DNA of 64,000 bases, taken from NCBI RefSeq assembly GCF_000143415.4, contig NW_003314311.1, positions 745,794-809,793 of the forward strand, read 5' to 3'. Below are positions 1 through 11,283 of the stretch, piece after piece. This DNA is from Selaginella moellendorffii (Eukaryota; Plantae; Lycopodiophyta). The position numbers and the translations under genes are program-made. Numbering within the stretch: position 1 is the stretch's first letter; each line of letters starts with the position of its first letter. The notes below the pieces were generated by a model that saw only the letters and a list, made by a program, of their open reading frames with translations, was not told the DNA's origin and did not search any database.

Positions 1-1768
1 ATCCGATGAATTCATATTCGGCTTGTTCACCTTGAACTTTAAGTAAGATTTGCTAGAACAACTAAGAATTTATACTTGTTATTTGTATCATCTCACCTAG
101 GAATGGTGTAAGGCCACATGCCATCACGCCTCCTCTGATTCAGATTCGGATTGTTCACCTTGAAATAAAATACATTAGAAACTTAGTAAAAGAATATTAA
201 TGAATCTCACCTTGAACCTGGGTTATGAATGCTCTTGCTGCATCTCTTGCATGGTCTGGCAAGGTGATGGTGGCACTCTGCTTCCGCATCCAACCATGCA
301 CCCTGTATGGGGTTCGATCGACAAGGGCCTTATGCAAGGGTTGGCCATTCAACTCAGTCTACGCACTTTGCAGAGACCTTAAGTGTTTTGCTAGGGACGC
401 AATCATCATGTTTGCACCCCCACCACCCCATAGAGGTACAAAGAAGTTCCCATAGTTCTGGGCACCATGCCCATGAGCGATTATGCCAAACAGAGACACA
501 GGCAGCTGCATGGATGAAGAGATTGCCTTGGGGGCAGGATTGAGTCGAGGTAAGCACGTCTTTTTCTGGTCCATTTTGTCGTGGATGATGCAGAGGTAAG
601 AGTCAGGTCTCTCCATAGAGAGAATCCTGTTATAATAATATGCAGTCCTGCAGCTTCTTTGCTCGATGTTGTGGTCGAGCCGCCTTCTAACCAACGTCTC
701 TCGCTCTTGAGCGATGCAAGAATTCTTCGACAAAGCCATTTTGATAGCAGTGCACTCGTCACACTTTGAAAAGCTGGAGTACTTTCCTATACTCACATCC
801 CTGAACCTGTTGCTCCACAATCTACTAAATCTAGATTGGCTCAACTTCCTGTAGCCATTACTCTGGAGTTCCCGATTCACATCTTCCAATATGGCCCCCT
901 TGGTATACATGGAAGGGAGAATTCGTTGGGTGTCTCGAGTTCCATCTTCCAAGAGGCGGGTTTTATGTGGTTGCTGCTCGCTACATGTCTCGACAAACCT
1001 CTTGAAGATTGCCTCTCCATATACAACATGACCCCTGGTTTTGTGAGTACCGTTGTTCCCATGGACTGCCTGTTGAACCCTTTGTTCCTCGAACTCAGTT
1101 TTGATTCTGTAGAATGTGGTTCGAGGGACTCCATAAATGATTCTCCATGCCTTCATGTAGACCAAACCCCTCTGGAAGACCATGGCCCCCACCTGATGTT
1201 CTGAAGCATCAACAGATGACCGTAATGCCTCATACACAAAATTGCGAGCTGCCTTCCAGGACAATGTCTTGTATCTTGCTCTCTCCTCTTCAATAGCATC
1301 CCAATCAGCATGTTGACAGCACTTCCTCTTGCAACAAGCAACTGTCGAGACCATTCGAACCTCCATCGCCATTTTCTGCCTTTTCGGTTCGTTGCTCAGA
1401 TCCCTTTGGCTGTGCTTTAGGAAGGTGTACTTTCTTTTCCCATGAAGAGATGTTCTGTCATCAGTTGTAGTGGTGTTTGATTGTGAATCTTTCACATTCT
1501 CAAACACTAAGTGCCTCAATTTCCACCGCACAATGCTTCCAATAGTCAGACTGTTTTCTTTTGTGTCAACAACCTCTAAAATCGCAACTCCAATATCATC
1601 TCAGCCCAATTCTTGATTAGCAACCGCATCTCTTGGATCGACAACTGTGGCTAAGCCCTCAGCTACCACCTCCCCCTCGGGGTTGTTTAGAAACACCTTT
1701 GCCTGAATCCATGTAGCACGGTTCTTAAGATCCACGGAGGGAACATGCGTCGCACTTGCGGAGGCCAT
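1..1768 (-). pseudogene. Putative DDE transposase (DUF7869/Sola-like) with an N-terminal CACTA TnpA-like domain; 3' part runs off the window
   Basis: ATG at 1768 is in frame with ORF 359..1531 across a TGA at 1601-1603. N-terminus VVAEG..DP..LG..IVRW; then CCKRKC, an HTH-like WRIIYGVPRTTFYR, FSKCDEC, LCIIHDKMDQKKTCLP and LFGIIAHGH. The frame continues past the TAG at 359-361 (QPLHKALV) to a GT donor near 211. Confidence 0.7.
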
Positions 1769-2133
1769 TTTGAAAGTGCAGAAAAGAAGTTAAGACCATA
1801 CAAAAAATGATTGGAGAATGGCTTAAATCATAACATACCAAACAACCTCAATAGCATGAGGCCACATGCCATTATTCAAACATGCTATTGACACCCATGT
1901 GAAATTTCGCATTCACAAAATTGGCATGAGGCCTCATGCCATCTTGATATACACACAGTTGCAGGCAAGTAAAAACATATATGACAATACGCTAGCCATG
2001 AAATTGCAAGGGCCCAAGATGGCATGTGGCCTCATGCCATTTCTAAATGTGGTCCTAAGCCATTCCATGGTGAACATACCAGGAAGCACAAGTGCCGAAT
2101 ATCAAGAGGAAGCGGTAGCCACACCAAAGACAG

Positions 2134-2240
2134 TGCCGCTCGCAACACCGCAACTACTCGTAGCGCCGCTCGCAACACCGCAACTGCTCGTAGCGCCGCT
2201 CGCAACACCGCAACTGCTCGTAGCGCAGCTCGCACAAACT
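2134..2240. repeat. 30-bp CpG-rich tandem repeat (~3.5 units, GCTCGTAGCGCCGCTCGCAACACCGCAACT) upstream of the transposase
   Basis: Directly visible; gives the PLATPQLLVA repeats in ORF 1866..2297. Confidence 0.9.
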
Positions 2241-3094
2241 GCCACTCGCATAAACTGCCGCTCGCAATGGGGCTCGCAATGCCACAACCGTTCGTAGACG
2301 CATAAACCACAGCTCACAACGCCGCTTACACAAGCAGCGCTCACTGTGCTCAGCGGAACCAAGAACACGGCGCACAAAAATGATAGACCTAGGAATGAGT
2401 TCGAGAATTCAAAAATAACACACGCTTGAACGTCACATCAAATCCTCTGACATACCAGATCTTATGATTCCTCTGACAAATTTCAAACTGAGTAGCTTCT
2501 AGACTTTGCTGTCAGAGGTTGAACTTTGTCACATCATGTCCTTGCCTCGATCCAGCTGTGCCATGTCAGTGATTCGAACTTTACCATGCCATGTCAGCGA
2601 TCCGCGCCAAGATTATTCGCCATGTAAAGGAATAATTATGCTGTGTGTGTACGTCCATTTATGGCAATATAAGGCCACACGCCATTCAAAGAATAATGCT
2701 AGTCGAGCATTTTTTGGTGCATTTTTGGGTTCAAAATTGCATGAGCCCACACGCTATAAAGTTTACCTGTACCAAAAATAGAAACAGCTTTATTTACTTG
2801 GGAATTTAAGTGGTTGAGGCATTTTTAAACTTACAAACACATGCCCTACTTACATTCCTTTGGTTGCTTAAAATTCAAAAATATTATAAACCTTTTTTTT
2901 TGCATTTTCAATGTTTTCAATTATGGTTTTTGATTTTCGCAAGACCAGCCTAGTAATCTATTTGCATCCCGTCATGTTTATAGCTAGCTTTCGTTTGTCC
3001 CCTTCGCTAGCCTGAGATACATCTGCTCGGCATCTGCCTCTTACAGCATTTGCCCAGAAAGGGCATCTTTCTTCACGCAGCATTTGCCACATGT

Positions 3095-3112
3095 TTAGGG
3101 TTTAGGGTTTAG
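3095..3112. repeat. Short plant telomere-type/telo-box run (TTTAGGG)2+
   Basis: tttagggttttagggtttag in the intergenic region of Element A. Confidence 0.6.
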
Positions 3113-3779
3113 CAATTCAGTAGCTTGATAAACATGTAAATACAGAACTTGATGCAAAATCCTTTGATATGTCACAATGCCCCTAGGACCATAAACACAT
3201 TTCAATAGAGAGGGTCCTTTCATTTCATAACTCCTTACGTAGATCTTAGTGAAACCAGAGTTAGTGAAGTTAGTTTCTTGTGATCCCGCATCTGATTGTG
3301 ATGTCCCTTTGCAGTGTCGATGAAAAGGTCAATGCACACCAAACTGTAAAATCTTGGAGCAAAATAACGGTCGGATCTATGGCAAATGCCCCTGAAACAT
3401 TGTAAGGTTTGTGTGGTCTCATGTGGTGTCCGATCGAGATGCTTCTTTGCAGGGTCATCAAGAAAGACATTGTATACCATTTTGTAAAATCTAGTTGTGA
3501 TCTAACGGTTCGATCTCCAGAAAACTCAAAAACATCTTGCGCGTGTCAAAATATTCTAGGAATATACTCCTATGTGCCCCTGAAAATGGCATGCGGCCCC
3601 ACACCATCAAGAAACTTGCAGGGTCATCAAGACTTCTTGCAGGGTCATCAAGAAGGACATTGTATACCATTCTTTATTTAGCTGAACATCTGGCATTTTT
3701 GGAAATACAAGATGCTTTGGAATATCCAATCATGCATGGTATAAATATAGCGAGGGTATTAAATGATATCCCAATCATG

Positions 3780-4370
3780 ATCTTTCTTTTGGATTTCGCG
3801 TGCATGCAGTCCGAGGAATGATGACGTTGCGGATTTCTTTTGGATTTCACGTGCATGCATGCGTGCGGCGATCCAGAAATTAATGGTGGCGCCCAAGTCC
3901 GAGGAATGATGACGTGGCAGGATTACCAACCGTCGTGACATTTCGCGCGTGTGAGGTTAGGTTTTGCATTTTGCTTCGTACTCGCGCTCGCACACTCGCG
4001 CTCGCATCGCGCTCCCACTCGCGATCACGCTCACATTCGCGCTCATCTACCTTCTCTACAGGTTTCTCGTGTGCATCGGCGTCCACTCGCGCTTGCATCA
4101 CACTCGCGCTCGCATCACGCTCGCATCACGCTCGTGTGCATCGGCGTCCACTTCAAGACACACCCAGTTTGTAACTTCGCCGCCAACTCCGCCGCCCATT
4201 CCGCCGCCCACTCCGCCACCCACACGCAGCCCACTTGGCGTCCCGGGAGATTTCAGCGCCACTCTCCAACTGTAAGTGGCAGAGTAGCCTTGCTGCTACG
4301 ATCCGCTGCACACACAGTGCACATTCGCCAGCGAGTCCGGCCTCGATTGTCACGCCTCCATTCGGCTTCA
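3780..4370 (+). promoter_or_regulatory. CpG-rich putative promoter/5'UTR of the ParB-cargo gene, with duplicated TGACGT-containing ~45-bp units and CGCTCGCA repeats
   Basis: gtccgaggaatgatgacgt occurs twice (~3809, ~3897). Dense CGCTCGCA repeats at 3980-4150 lie just before the ATG|GTAAGT at 4372. Confidence 0.45.
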
Positions 4371-4371
4371 A

Positions 4372-7300
4372 ATGGTAAGTCTTTTAGGCCAAGTAGAAAA
4401 TGGCATGAGGCCACATGCCATTCAGTAGCAACATTGGCATGCACCGATTGGGCTCTCGAGTGCAGTCCAGTTACAGATGGCGTGTAGCCTCATGCCATCT
4501 TAGGATGCAGCCTCAAGACATCTGATGCAGTGGTGAATGGCGTGTGGCCTCACGTTATTTCCAGCTACTAGCTTTTCATCTGTCAGCTCTAATTGTTGTG
4601 CATTTCTGAACAGGCGAGGAATTGCGTTCTTCTTCCAGCCACTATCAATGTGGATGCAAAGAAGGGGGAGGAGCTCACCAGTTGGACTTTCGGGATGGAA
4701 GGTGAGGATTTAAGGCTGTACAACACAGATGGTGGGAGAAAAGAATGCATGGGGATCCTCATCCAAGTGACAGACACTCCATGCAGTTCCATGCAAGAAT
4801 ATGGACTGGCACTTGTGGTAGAGACAGCGTCCGCCTTCAAGATCCACCTTGCACATCCTAGCGGCTTCCCGGAGGGGGGCAGCGGCTATGAGGAATTCCT
4901 AGAGGGAGCTAGGGAGAGGTTGTCCAGGAGGCCTACAATTTCAAAGACGCTGCGGGTTTATGAAGATTACATGGAATCCACGGACCTCACCTACGGCGAT
5001 GTTCAAAAACTATATTCCAACATTGAGCCGTTAAGAGTGCCTCCAGTTCGCGAAGCGAAGGGGAAGGGGGTCGATCTGGAAACTACCCCGAAGCAGAAAA
5101 GGGTGGTCAAGCTCAAGCCGACGTCCGACTCTCCTGGTCCAAAAAAGAAGCTACTTGGTGATGCCATTGCCTCGGGTTCGAACACTACACCCACCAAAAA
5201 GAAGAGCCGCAAAGAGCAGAAAGAGCAAGAAGAGGCAGCAAAAATCGTCGCAGATAATAGTACTTGTTACTATTCCAACAAAGTATATACAATCGACGTG
5301 AGCCGTATCGACATCCAAAGCAAATACAACCACAGGCTAGTATCTGATGAGTGGGTGGAGAAACTGAAGCAGAAGATGCTGGCAAGTCCAGTAACACCCG
5401 ACATCACATACGTGATCCCCTACTACCGAACAATGAAGGGCGAGACGAGGTTTCCAGACTTGATCAATAGGAAGGTGTTGGACGATCAGAACATCCGGTT
5501 CTATGCCGTCTCTGGGCAGCATTCTAGCTTGGCGATGCAAGAGATAGTTGTGGATATTATGGTGGGCGAGGAGGTGAAGAAAGTCTTCAAGACAAGAGTT
5601 GTCCGCCTGATAAAAGGCAACTCGCCCCTCCGATCTATCATATCCATCTCCCACGTGCAGAATGTCAAGCAAGAAACGTGCTACAAATCGGGTCTGCACG
5701 AGACATTGGCACGAACACGAAAGCTCTGGGTTCAACTGAAGAAGCCACAAAAACCAGGACAAGGACGTGCACTAGCAACTAGCGCCTGGCAGGTAAGCCT
5801 CGTTGCATGTGGCATAGCATGTGGCCTCACGCCATTTCCATTGCAGGAATTCTCGAGTCTTCTCTCGAAAACACTGGGGGTCAATGACACACTCAGCATC
5901 CATAACATTCTACTCGCGACAAAAGTTGTTTTTGACAAATGGGTAGATGTGCTGAGGAGGTACCATGACGGGGAGTTGCTAAACTCAATGGGTGTGGAGG
6001 ACGGCCGGAAGCCCAATGATTTGAAGCTCAACGCTTTGCGTTTCTCGCGGTCTCTAGACGACGACGACCTTCTGACAGTGGCTAATGCTCTTCTACGTGG
6101 TGAGGTAGTCTTCAACAAGACCAAAATGACTCCCGGCCATATTGTGACATACGAGGACTTGTGCACGACTCTGAGAGCTCGTGTGCTATTGAAGGATTGG
6201 ATCTTCGAGCAAGTGGCTGTGGAGAGGGTGAGCATCGACACCACGCAAGAGATGATGGAAGAGCTGGAGTTGTCAAATGAAGACATCGACAAGTACGTGA
6301 AGGGGGCCCTCAAGTTCATCGATCTGCTGCAGGATGCCACGAAAAGTAAAGCTGAGAAGTTGGATCAGTATCCAAATTTCATTAAGAGGGATGTCGACTG
6401 CCGGCTTCAGAAACAGCTCGACCCCGCAGCAGAGGCCTATCGAGAACCTTACCGGGTATACGTGAATTCGGATGAGGATCAAAAGTGGAGGAGCATCGTT
6501 TCCCGCGGAGATGAGCAGGTCAAGAACATCTTTTGTGTGATGGACTTCATAAACGAGGAGATCACTCATGCAGACGAAGTCAGCTCCATCATTGACTTAA
6601 TGGTGGGACTTGCGGAGGTGGAATCTTCAGTCCACTATATGATCTATGACTCTGAATCCTATCACAAGTTCTGGAAGGCCTTGAACGAGGTGAAGGCTCG
6701 GTTGAAAGGCAAGGAGATGCAGGAGATCCATGGGATAATGGCTAAGAAGAAGATACCGACGAATGTCCGCATCTTCACACTCGCCCTTGTTATTGGTCTT
6801 GTAGCAGAGTGGGATTGGAGTGACTTCCCAGCTTCGTTCGACAAGGCCGATCAAATTGATCTGAGGGAGGTCAATTTACCCGTGCCTGAGGAACTGAAGA
6901 CGGCTATGGAGCTTTCGAATCCAGAGAAAACTCCAGGTGCAGCATGGGAAATGCTCAGCTGGGTCTTCAACGCAATAGCGGGTGGGTCACCTGCTTCCGA
7001 CTCCAAGGGCAAATGCGTTGTCGTGTACAACTACGGTGGACTATTCTTTCGAGCCACACTACTCAAGGGTGTCCCGTATGTTGCGGTGACAAACTCCATT
7101 GAAGAGGTGACTTCAATGGAGTATATAATTACAGTTGCCAAAGAAAAACAGTATCTTCTCTGCGAACCTGGTGAGTACGCACTTTAAGTTTAAATGTTAT
7201 CTCACAAGCCCCCAGATGCTGAAACGGCGTTAACAGCTACTGTTGAAGATACCCATGTTGGGCCGAGCTCACAACCTGCACAAGGTAAGGTCACGTGAGG

Positions 7301-10170
7301 CCTCACGCCATTTTGATTATAGATCGTTGTGAATATTCAGACACGAGGATTGAAAAGCGCACTGGTGGCACGTCGAAGAAGGACAAATAGACAAGCAATA
7401 GGAAAAAAGGAGGTACAAATTATATTTGCAATGGCGTGTGGTCTCATGCCATTCCTTGCAGGAGACACTTCTTCAAAGGCAAAACAGGCAAGCACCAGCC
7501 AAGCTCAAACTGACAGTGGTCATAAAAAGCGAAAGCACGTTGGACAGTCGTCGGGATTAGAGGCGTTTGATTCGAAAAGGAAGAAGGGCAACGAAAAGAT
7601 GATAGGTAATGCCTCGCGGTCACCACCTCCTGACTCAGATTCCTATGGCGGACTCCCCTTCCCCAATCTCAATGGAGAGGTACAATGGATGAGGGATGCT
7701 TTTCAAGTCAAGGCCACGTTTTTCTCATCTCGTCGTCTTCGAAGGGTGCAAGAACGTGCAGAAACCATGTTAAGACAGTCAGGTGAGGATACGGTCCTAG
7801 GTCACGCACTAAAACAGGCTATGGATGTCTTGTATTTTGAGATGGAGACTCGGCCAGATGATTTTCCCAAGATGGTCCTGGAAGAACAAGCCATCCAGCC
7901 TGAGCAGCCTATGGAAGAAATGCAGGAGGGGGATGAGGAGCCAGAGAAAGATAATGAGCAGGAAGAGCAGAAGGACGAAGAGGAGGACAAAGAAGAGGAG
8001 GACGAAAAAGAGGAGGACGAAGAGGACTTGGATGGTCCTCACAATGGTGACGATCACAATAACGACGACGACGATGGCCAGCCTGAGGTGGCCAAAGAGC
8101 AGCAGAGGAAGGTCATACAAGACAAACCATCAGGTAAATAATAGTACATCCATTCCTAACCTTTTACCATTTCTAACATTGTCCATGTAAGTTGCAAAGC
8201 AAATGGTAAGTAGAGATTATTCAGTTGAATTAAGATACAAACTCTAGCCTTTAGTGTCGAGGAAGGATAGTGCCAAGCAAGGGTCGAAACGTATGTCCAA
8301 TCCTTCAGAATCAGCAGTGCGCCCAAGTGATATCGGTCCTAGTTCCTCAATAGCAGTTGATGGTAAATACAGTATAGTCGATTCAATGTGCTAATGAGTT
8401 TGTTTTTAGTAGCACGGGAGGATACCATCTCAATCGAAGGGAGATATTTGGTCATGCATATGGATCCGCCAGTGGACTCTACTTGCCTGCAAGAGTCATC
8501 AGAGCTGGTGGATGCTACTATCCATATCAACGCCAAGCAAGCTGACCACGCTCCACTTGATGCTGCCCATACCACTGAGTCAATCTTGTCCACGTATCCA
8601 ACTGACGGTGACCAGGCGCCATTGGACCCGCATGAGGCCGCCCCAGCCGCCGAGCCGGTCGTATCCTCATTTCCAACGGACTCAACGTGTGCCCAATCGT
8701 CTGACTACGCACCATTGGAACCTCCCTACAACGCCCCTGCTGCCTGTTCGGTCATGTCCACTTTGCCAACGGAGGCACCAGCTGAAATGGCGTGTGATCA
8801 CACGCCATCGGAACCACCCCATGCCACTGTTGAGCCAGTTGTACCAGAGTCTACAGCTGAAATGGCATGTGCCCACACGCCATCGGATGTGATTGACCCC
8901 ACATTGCAGAGGAGAGTATTTCCGCCCTTCATGTTTCCTCGACCAAAACCCTCTCAACGACCATCGGGAGCACCATTCGCTAATATTGTAGATGGTAAAA
9001 TTGACTTGTACCATTTTTTATGCTGACGCATTTCATTTCAGAGTTACGGCGAAGGTACTGTATCGTTTTTGATCTGAATGGTGTCCTTTTCTCCCATGAG
9101 TGTGGCTCGTCCTCGAATGTCATTGCACCCTCCAAAGCCTGCGGTCGCAAGTTGGTCAAAAGAGACAGATTCACATTAATCACATGGGAAAAACTGCGGG
9201 ATCTAATAATGACCATGTGACACTTAAAACAGAGGGCCGGGTTCAATTTGCAATTGGGAGTTTGGACATCCATGATGCGCCACAATGCATTAACGTTGCT
9301 ACAGATGATGCACGATCAGACGCGAGTAATATTACCATTTGACTTTCTCCTAACGCAGGAGGATTGCTTGACTATGGTCCATGTGAGGGGTAGCAAGCCC
9401 ATCTTCGTCAAGCCAGAGGCTGTAGTGATGAACCGGACTGCTAGGTCAAGTGAAATCCTCATCATCGATGACTCGCCGATTAAAACTGCAGCGAACACAC
9501 ACACATATGCAGTGCACCCCATCTCTTGCAGTATGGAAACTAGGGAGAAGAAACTATATGTTCTGGGGGACCTTGCAAAACGGCTTGGAGCGATGGTGAT
9601 AGAGAACCGGCCAGTCCAGGAGGTGGCTGCAGAAATCAACCAAATGGCAGATGGAACGGTATATCAGAAGCCATTTGATCGGACAGACACCAGTCATCAT
9701 TTATGGCATGTATATTGTCTAGCCAAGCACTATCCGCATCTCCATAATCTGCTCAACCGGATGGGTTCTTTGACCACTGAACATGAGCGTGGACGTATTA
9801 GAGAAGAGATGGCATTACTATTGGGTTTAAATCCTGATAGTGTGGAGAGTGATGAAATTCCAAGATTATTGTATAGGCGTTGGAGGCAAAAAATAACAGG
9901 CATGTATTTATTTAAAAATGTAACTTATTATGGCATGGGGTTCCATGCCATTGTATTAATATTAAAAGACAATTCTTTGAGAGGATTTGCATTATACTAG
10001 AAGTGTTACAGCATGTTATTGGAAGTCTACGAAGTTGTTTTATTAATAAGGGGAAAGTAAAGATTGAATGGGGACTTGGGCTCCACCTAGACTCAGAGCA
10101 ACTGAGCCAATATTAAAAGGATGGAAAGAAATTGGAAGGTGAAGCAGTGGCAGGGGGAGGAGAAGTGATT
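4372..10170 (+). pseudogene. Multi-exon cargo gene: ParB/Srx-like domain + degenerate beta-class N6/N4 DNA-methyltransferase-like fold + acidic linker + FCP1/NIF-type HAD phosphatase domain
   Basis: ATG 4372, intron 4375-4613, then ORF 4593..7187 with an in-frame 54-nt intron 5793-5846. ParB-like YTIDVSRIDI..HRLVSDEWVEKLK..FYAVSGQHS. Late motifs CVMDF / PEKTP..EMLSWVF / VVVYNYGG..ATLLKGVPYVAV are in beta-MTase order. Phase-1 introns (7171-7215, 7285-7340, 7413-7461, ~8994-9040) link to the ORFs at 7329 and 9020. HAD motifs IVFDLNGVL, LGVWTS and LIIDDSPIK. Premature TAG 7388-7390 and TGA 9218-9220. Exons around 8.1-8.4 kb and the 3' end are uncertain. Confidence 0.65.
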
Positions 10171-10311
10171 GAGTAGACATTTCCTTGTTTAAAATAAAAT
10201 GGCATGTGCCTCAATGCAGTTGAATTTTGTTATATTTATAAACTATATAAAGGTTTGGAAACCTTATTTTACAAGTGGGATAATGACAATTCCCACTTTA
10301 ACGAAATAGAG

Positions 10312-11283
10312 CTTATATCCTTCCACCTCTATCGTGCTCAGGAATCTCACAAAACATTTGCCAATGTCCATCGTCAGGATTGTCCCCCTTACAATATCGG
10401 GGATAAAGTCTAGCTCCTCAGGCGAAATATCTCCATCACCAGGCCTTGTCCAAAACTTGATTTCAAACGCCTCGGTCCTTTTCCTATCATTGCCATCATT
10501 AATCCTGTCACTTATCGCCTTGCACTTCCCTCCTCATATCAAATTCACCCTATTTTTCACTCCTCTCTCCTTGAGCCTTATATTCCCAGTCCTATTCCCA
10601 ATTGTGTCATTCCTCCACCTCCACCAGTGCAGCTCGAGGATGGGTCTGAGTACGAGGTTCAGGACATCCTCGATTCCAAGATTTCACGGTCTAAACTCTA
10701 CTATCTGGTCGACTGGAAGGGTTATGGACCTGAGGAACGCACTTGGGAACCTGCGGACAACCTGATTCATTCTCCTGACCTTGTTCAGGACTTCCATCGC
10801 CACTATCCTTCTCGTCCCAATTCTCATTCTTTTTCTCCATCTCCTATCCCTCGCTGCTCATCTCATCCTCCTTGCCGTTCTCATTCACATCCTCATTCCA
10901 CTCGTTCTTGAGGAGGGGGTGCTGTCAGGAATCCCCCAATTCTTGCCACATTCCTGACTCTCGCCGGATTCCTAACCTGCAGACCACATTCCTGATTCTC
11001 GAGACACTTCCCTATTCCTGACTCTCTGATTTCCTGTATGATTCCTGAGTCTCGAGCCACATTCTTGATGTTGATGTGGCACCTCCTCGAACTTAGCTAT
11101 ATTTAGGCCATCCTCGATTCAAGAGTGGTGGAGCTTCATCAACCTATAGTATATATAAGTTAGCCTTGTTCCATTTCTCCACAATCTGAATCAACGTCAG
11201 TCTAAGGCTTCTTCTTTGTTTCCACTAGCTTTTCTCTTTGTCTTTTGCATTTTCTAGTCTTGATCTTGTTGGGGGTCTTGACA
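10312..11283 (+). mobile_element. 3' end of a chromoviral Ty3/gypsy retrotransposon (Tcn1-like): integrase C-terminus + chromodomain, PPT, 3' LTR
   Basis: IGDKV*L..KLDFKRLGPF..TYRLALP..IHPIFHSSLL and chromodomain EYEVQDILDSK..YYLVDWKGYGPEERTWEP. PPT GAGGAGGGGG at 10910-10919. LTR TGTCA..TGACA at 10923-11283. Confidence 0.9.

Larger units (their letters stand above)
103..10220. repeat. Dispersed 22-bp palindrome family ATGGCRTGWGGCCWCAYGCCAT (~17 copies)
   Basis: Copies start at 103, 1851, 1921, 2019, 2661 (degenerate), 2736, 3586, 4400, 4477, 4537, 5814, 7290, 7431, 8787, 8862, 9930 and 10199. Confidence 0.9.
1..10311. mobile_element. Element A: large DNA transposon (left end outside window) with a DUF7869/Sola-like transposase and a divergent ParB-MTase-like-HAD cargo gene
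   Basis: Coherent block of two divergent genes. A 22-bp palindrome family was seen only within 103-10220. There is a subterminal hairpin at 10273-10298 and an abrupt switch into a Ty3 integrase frame at ~10312. Right boundary approximate. Confidence 0.7.

Noticed and set aside
3095-3112. Telomere or healed chromosome break
   Set aside because: Only ~2.5 units; telo-box-sized and common in plant promoters.
1866-4487. ORFs 1866..2297, 2024..2377 and 3880..4487 as genes
   Set aside because: They arise from GC-rich tandem repeats in promoter/UTR regions; no recognisable domains.
4372-7187. Bacterial or phage contamination explaining the ParB/MTase genes
   Set aside because: The genes have GT-AG introns and are nested among plant LTR retroelements with TSDs.
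10273-10311. Helitron 3' end
   Set aside because: A hairpin is present but there is no CTRR terminus and no Rep/helicase motifs in the element.
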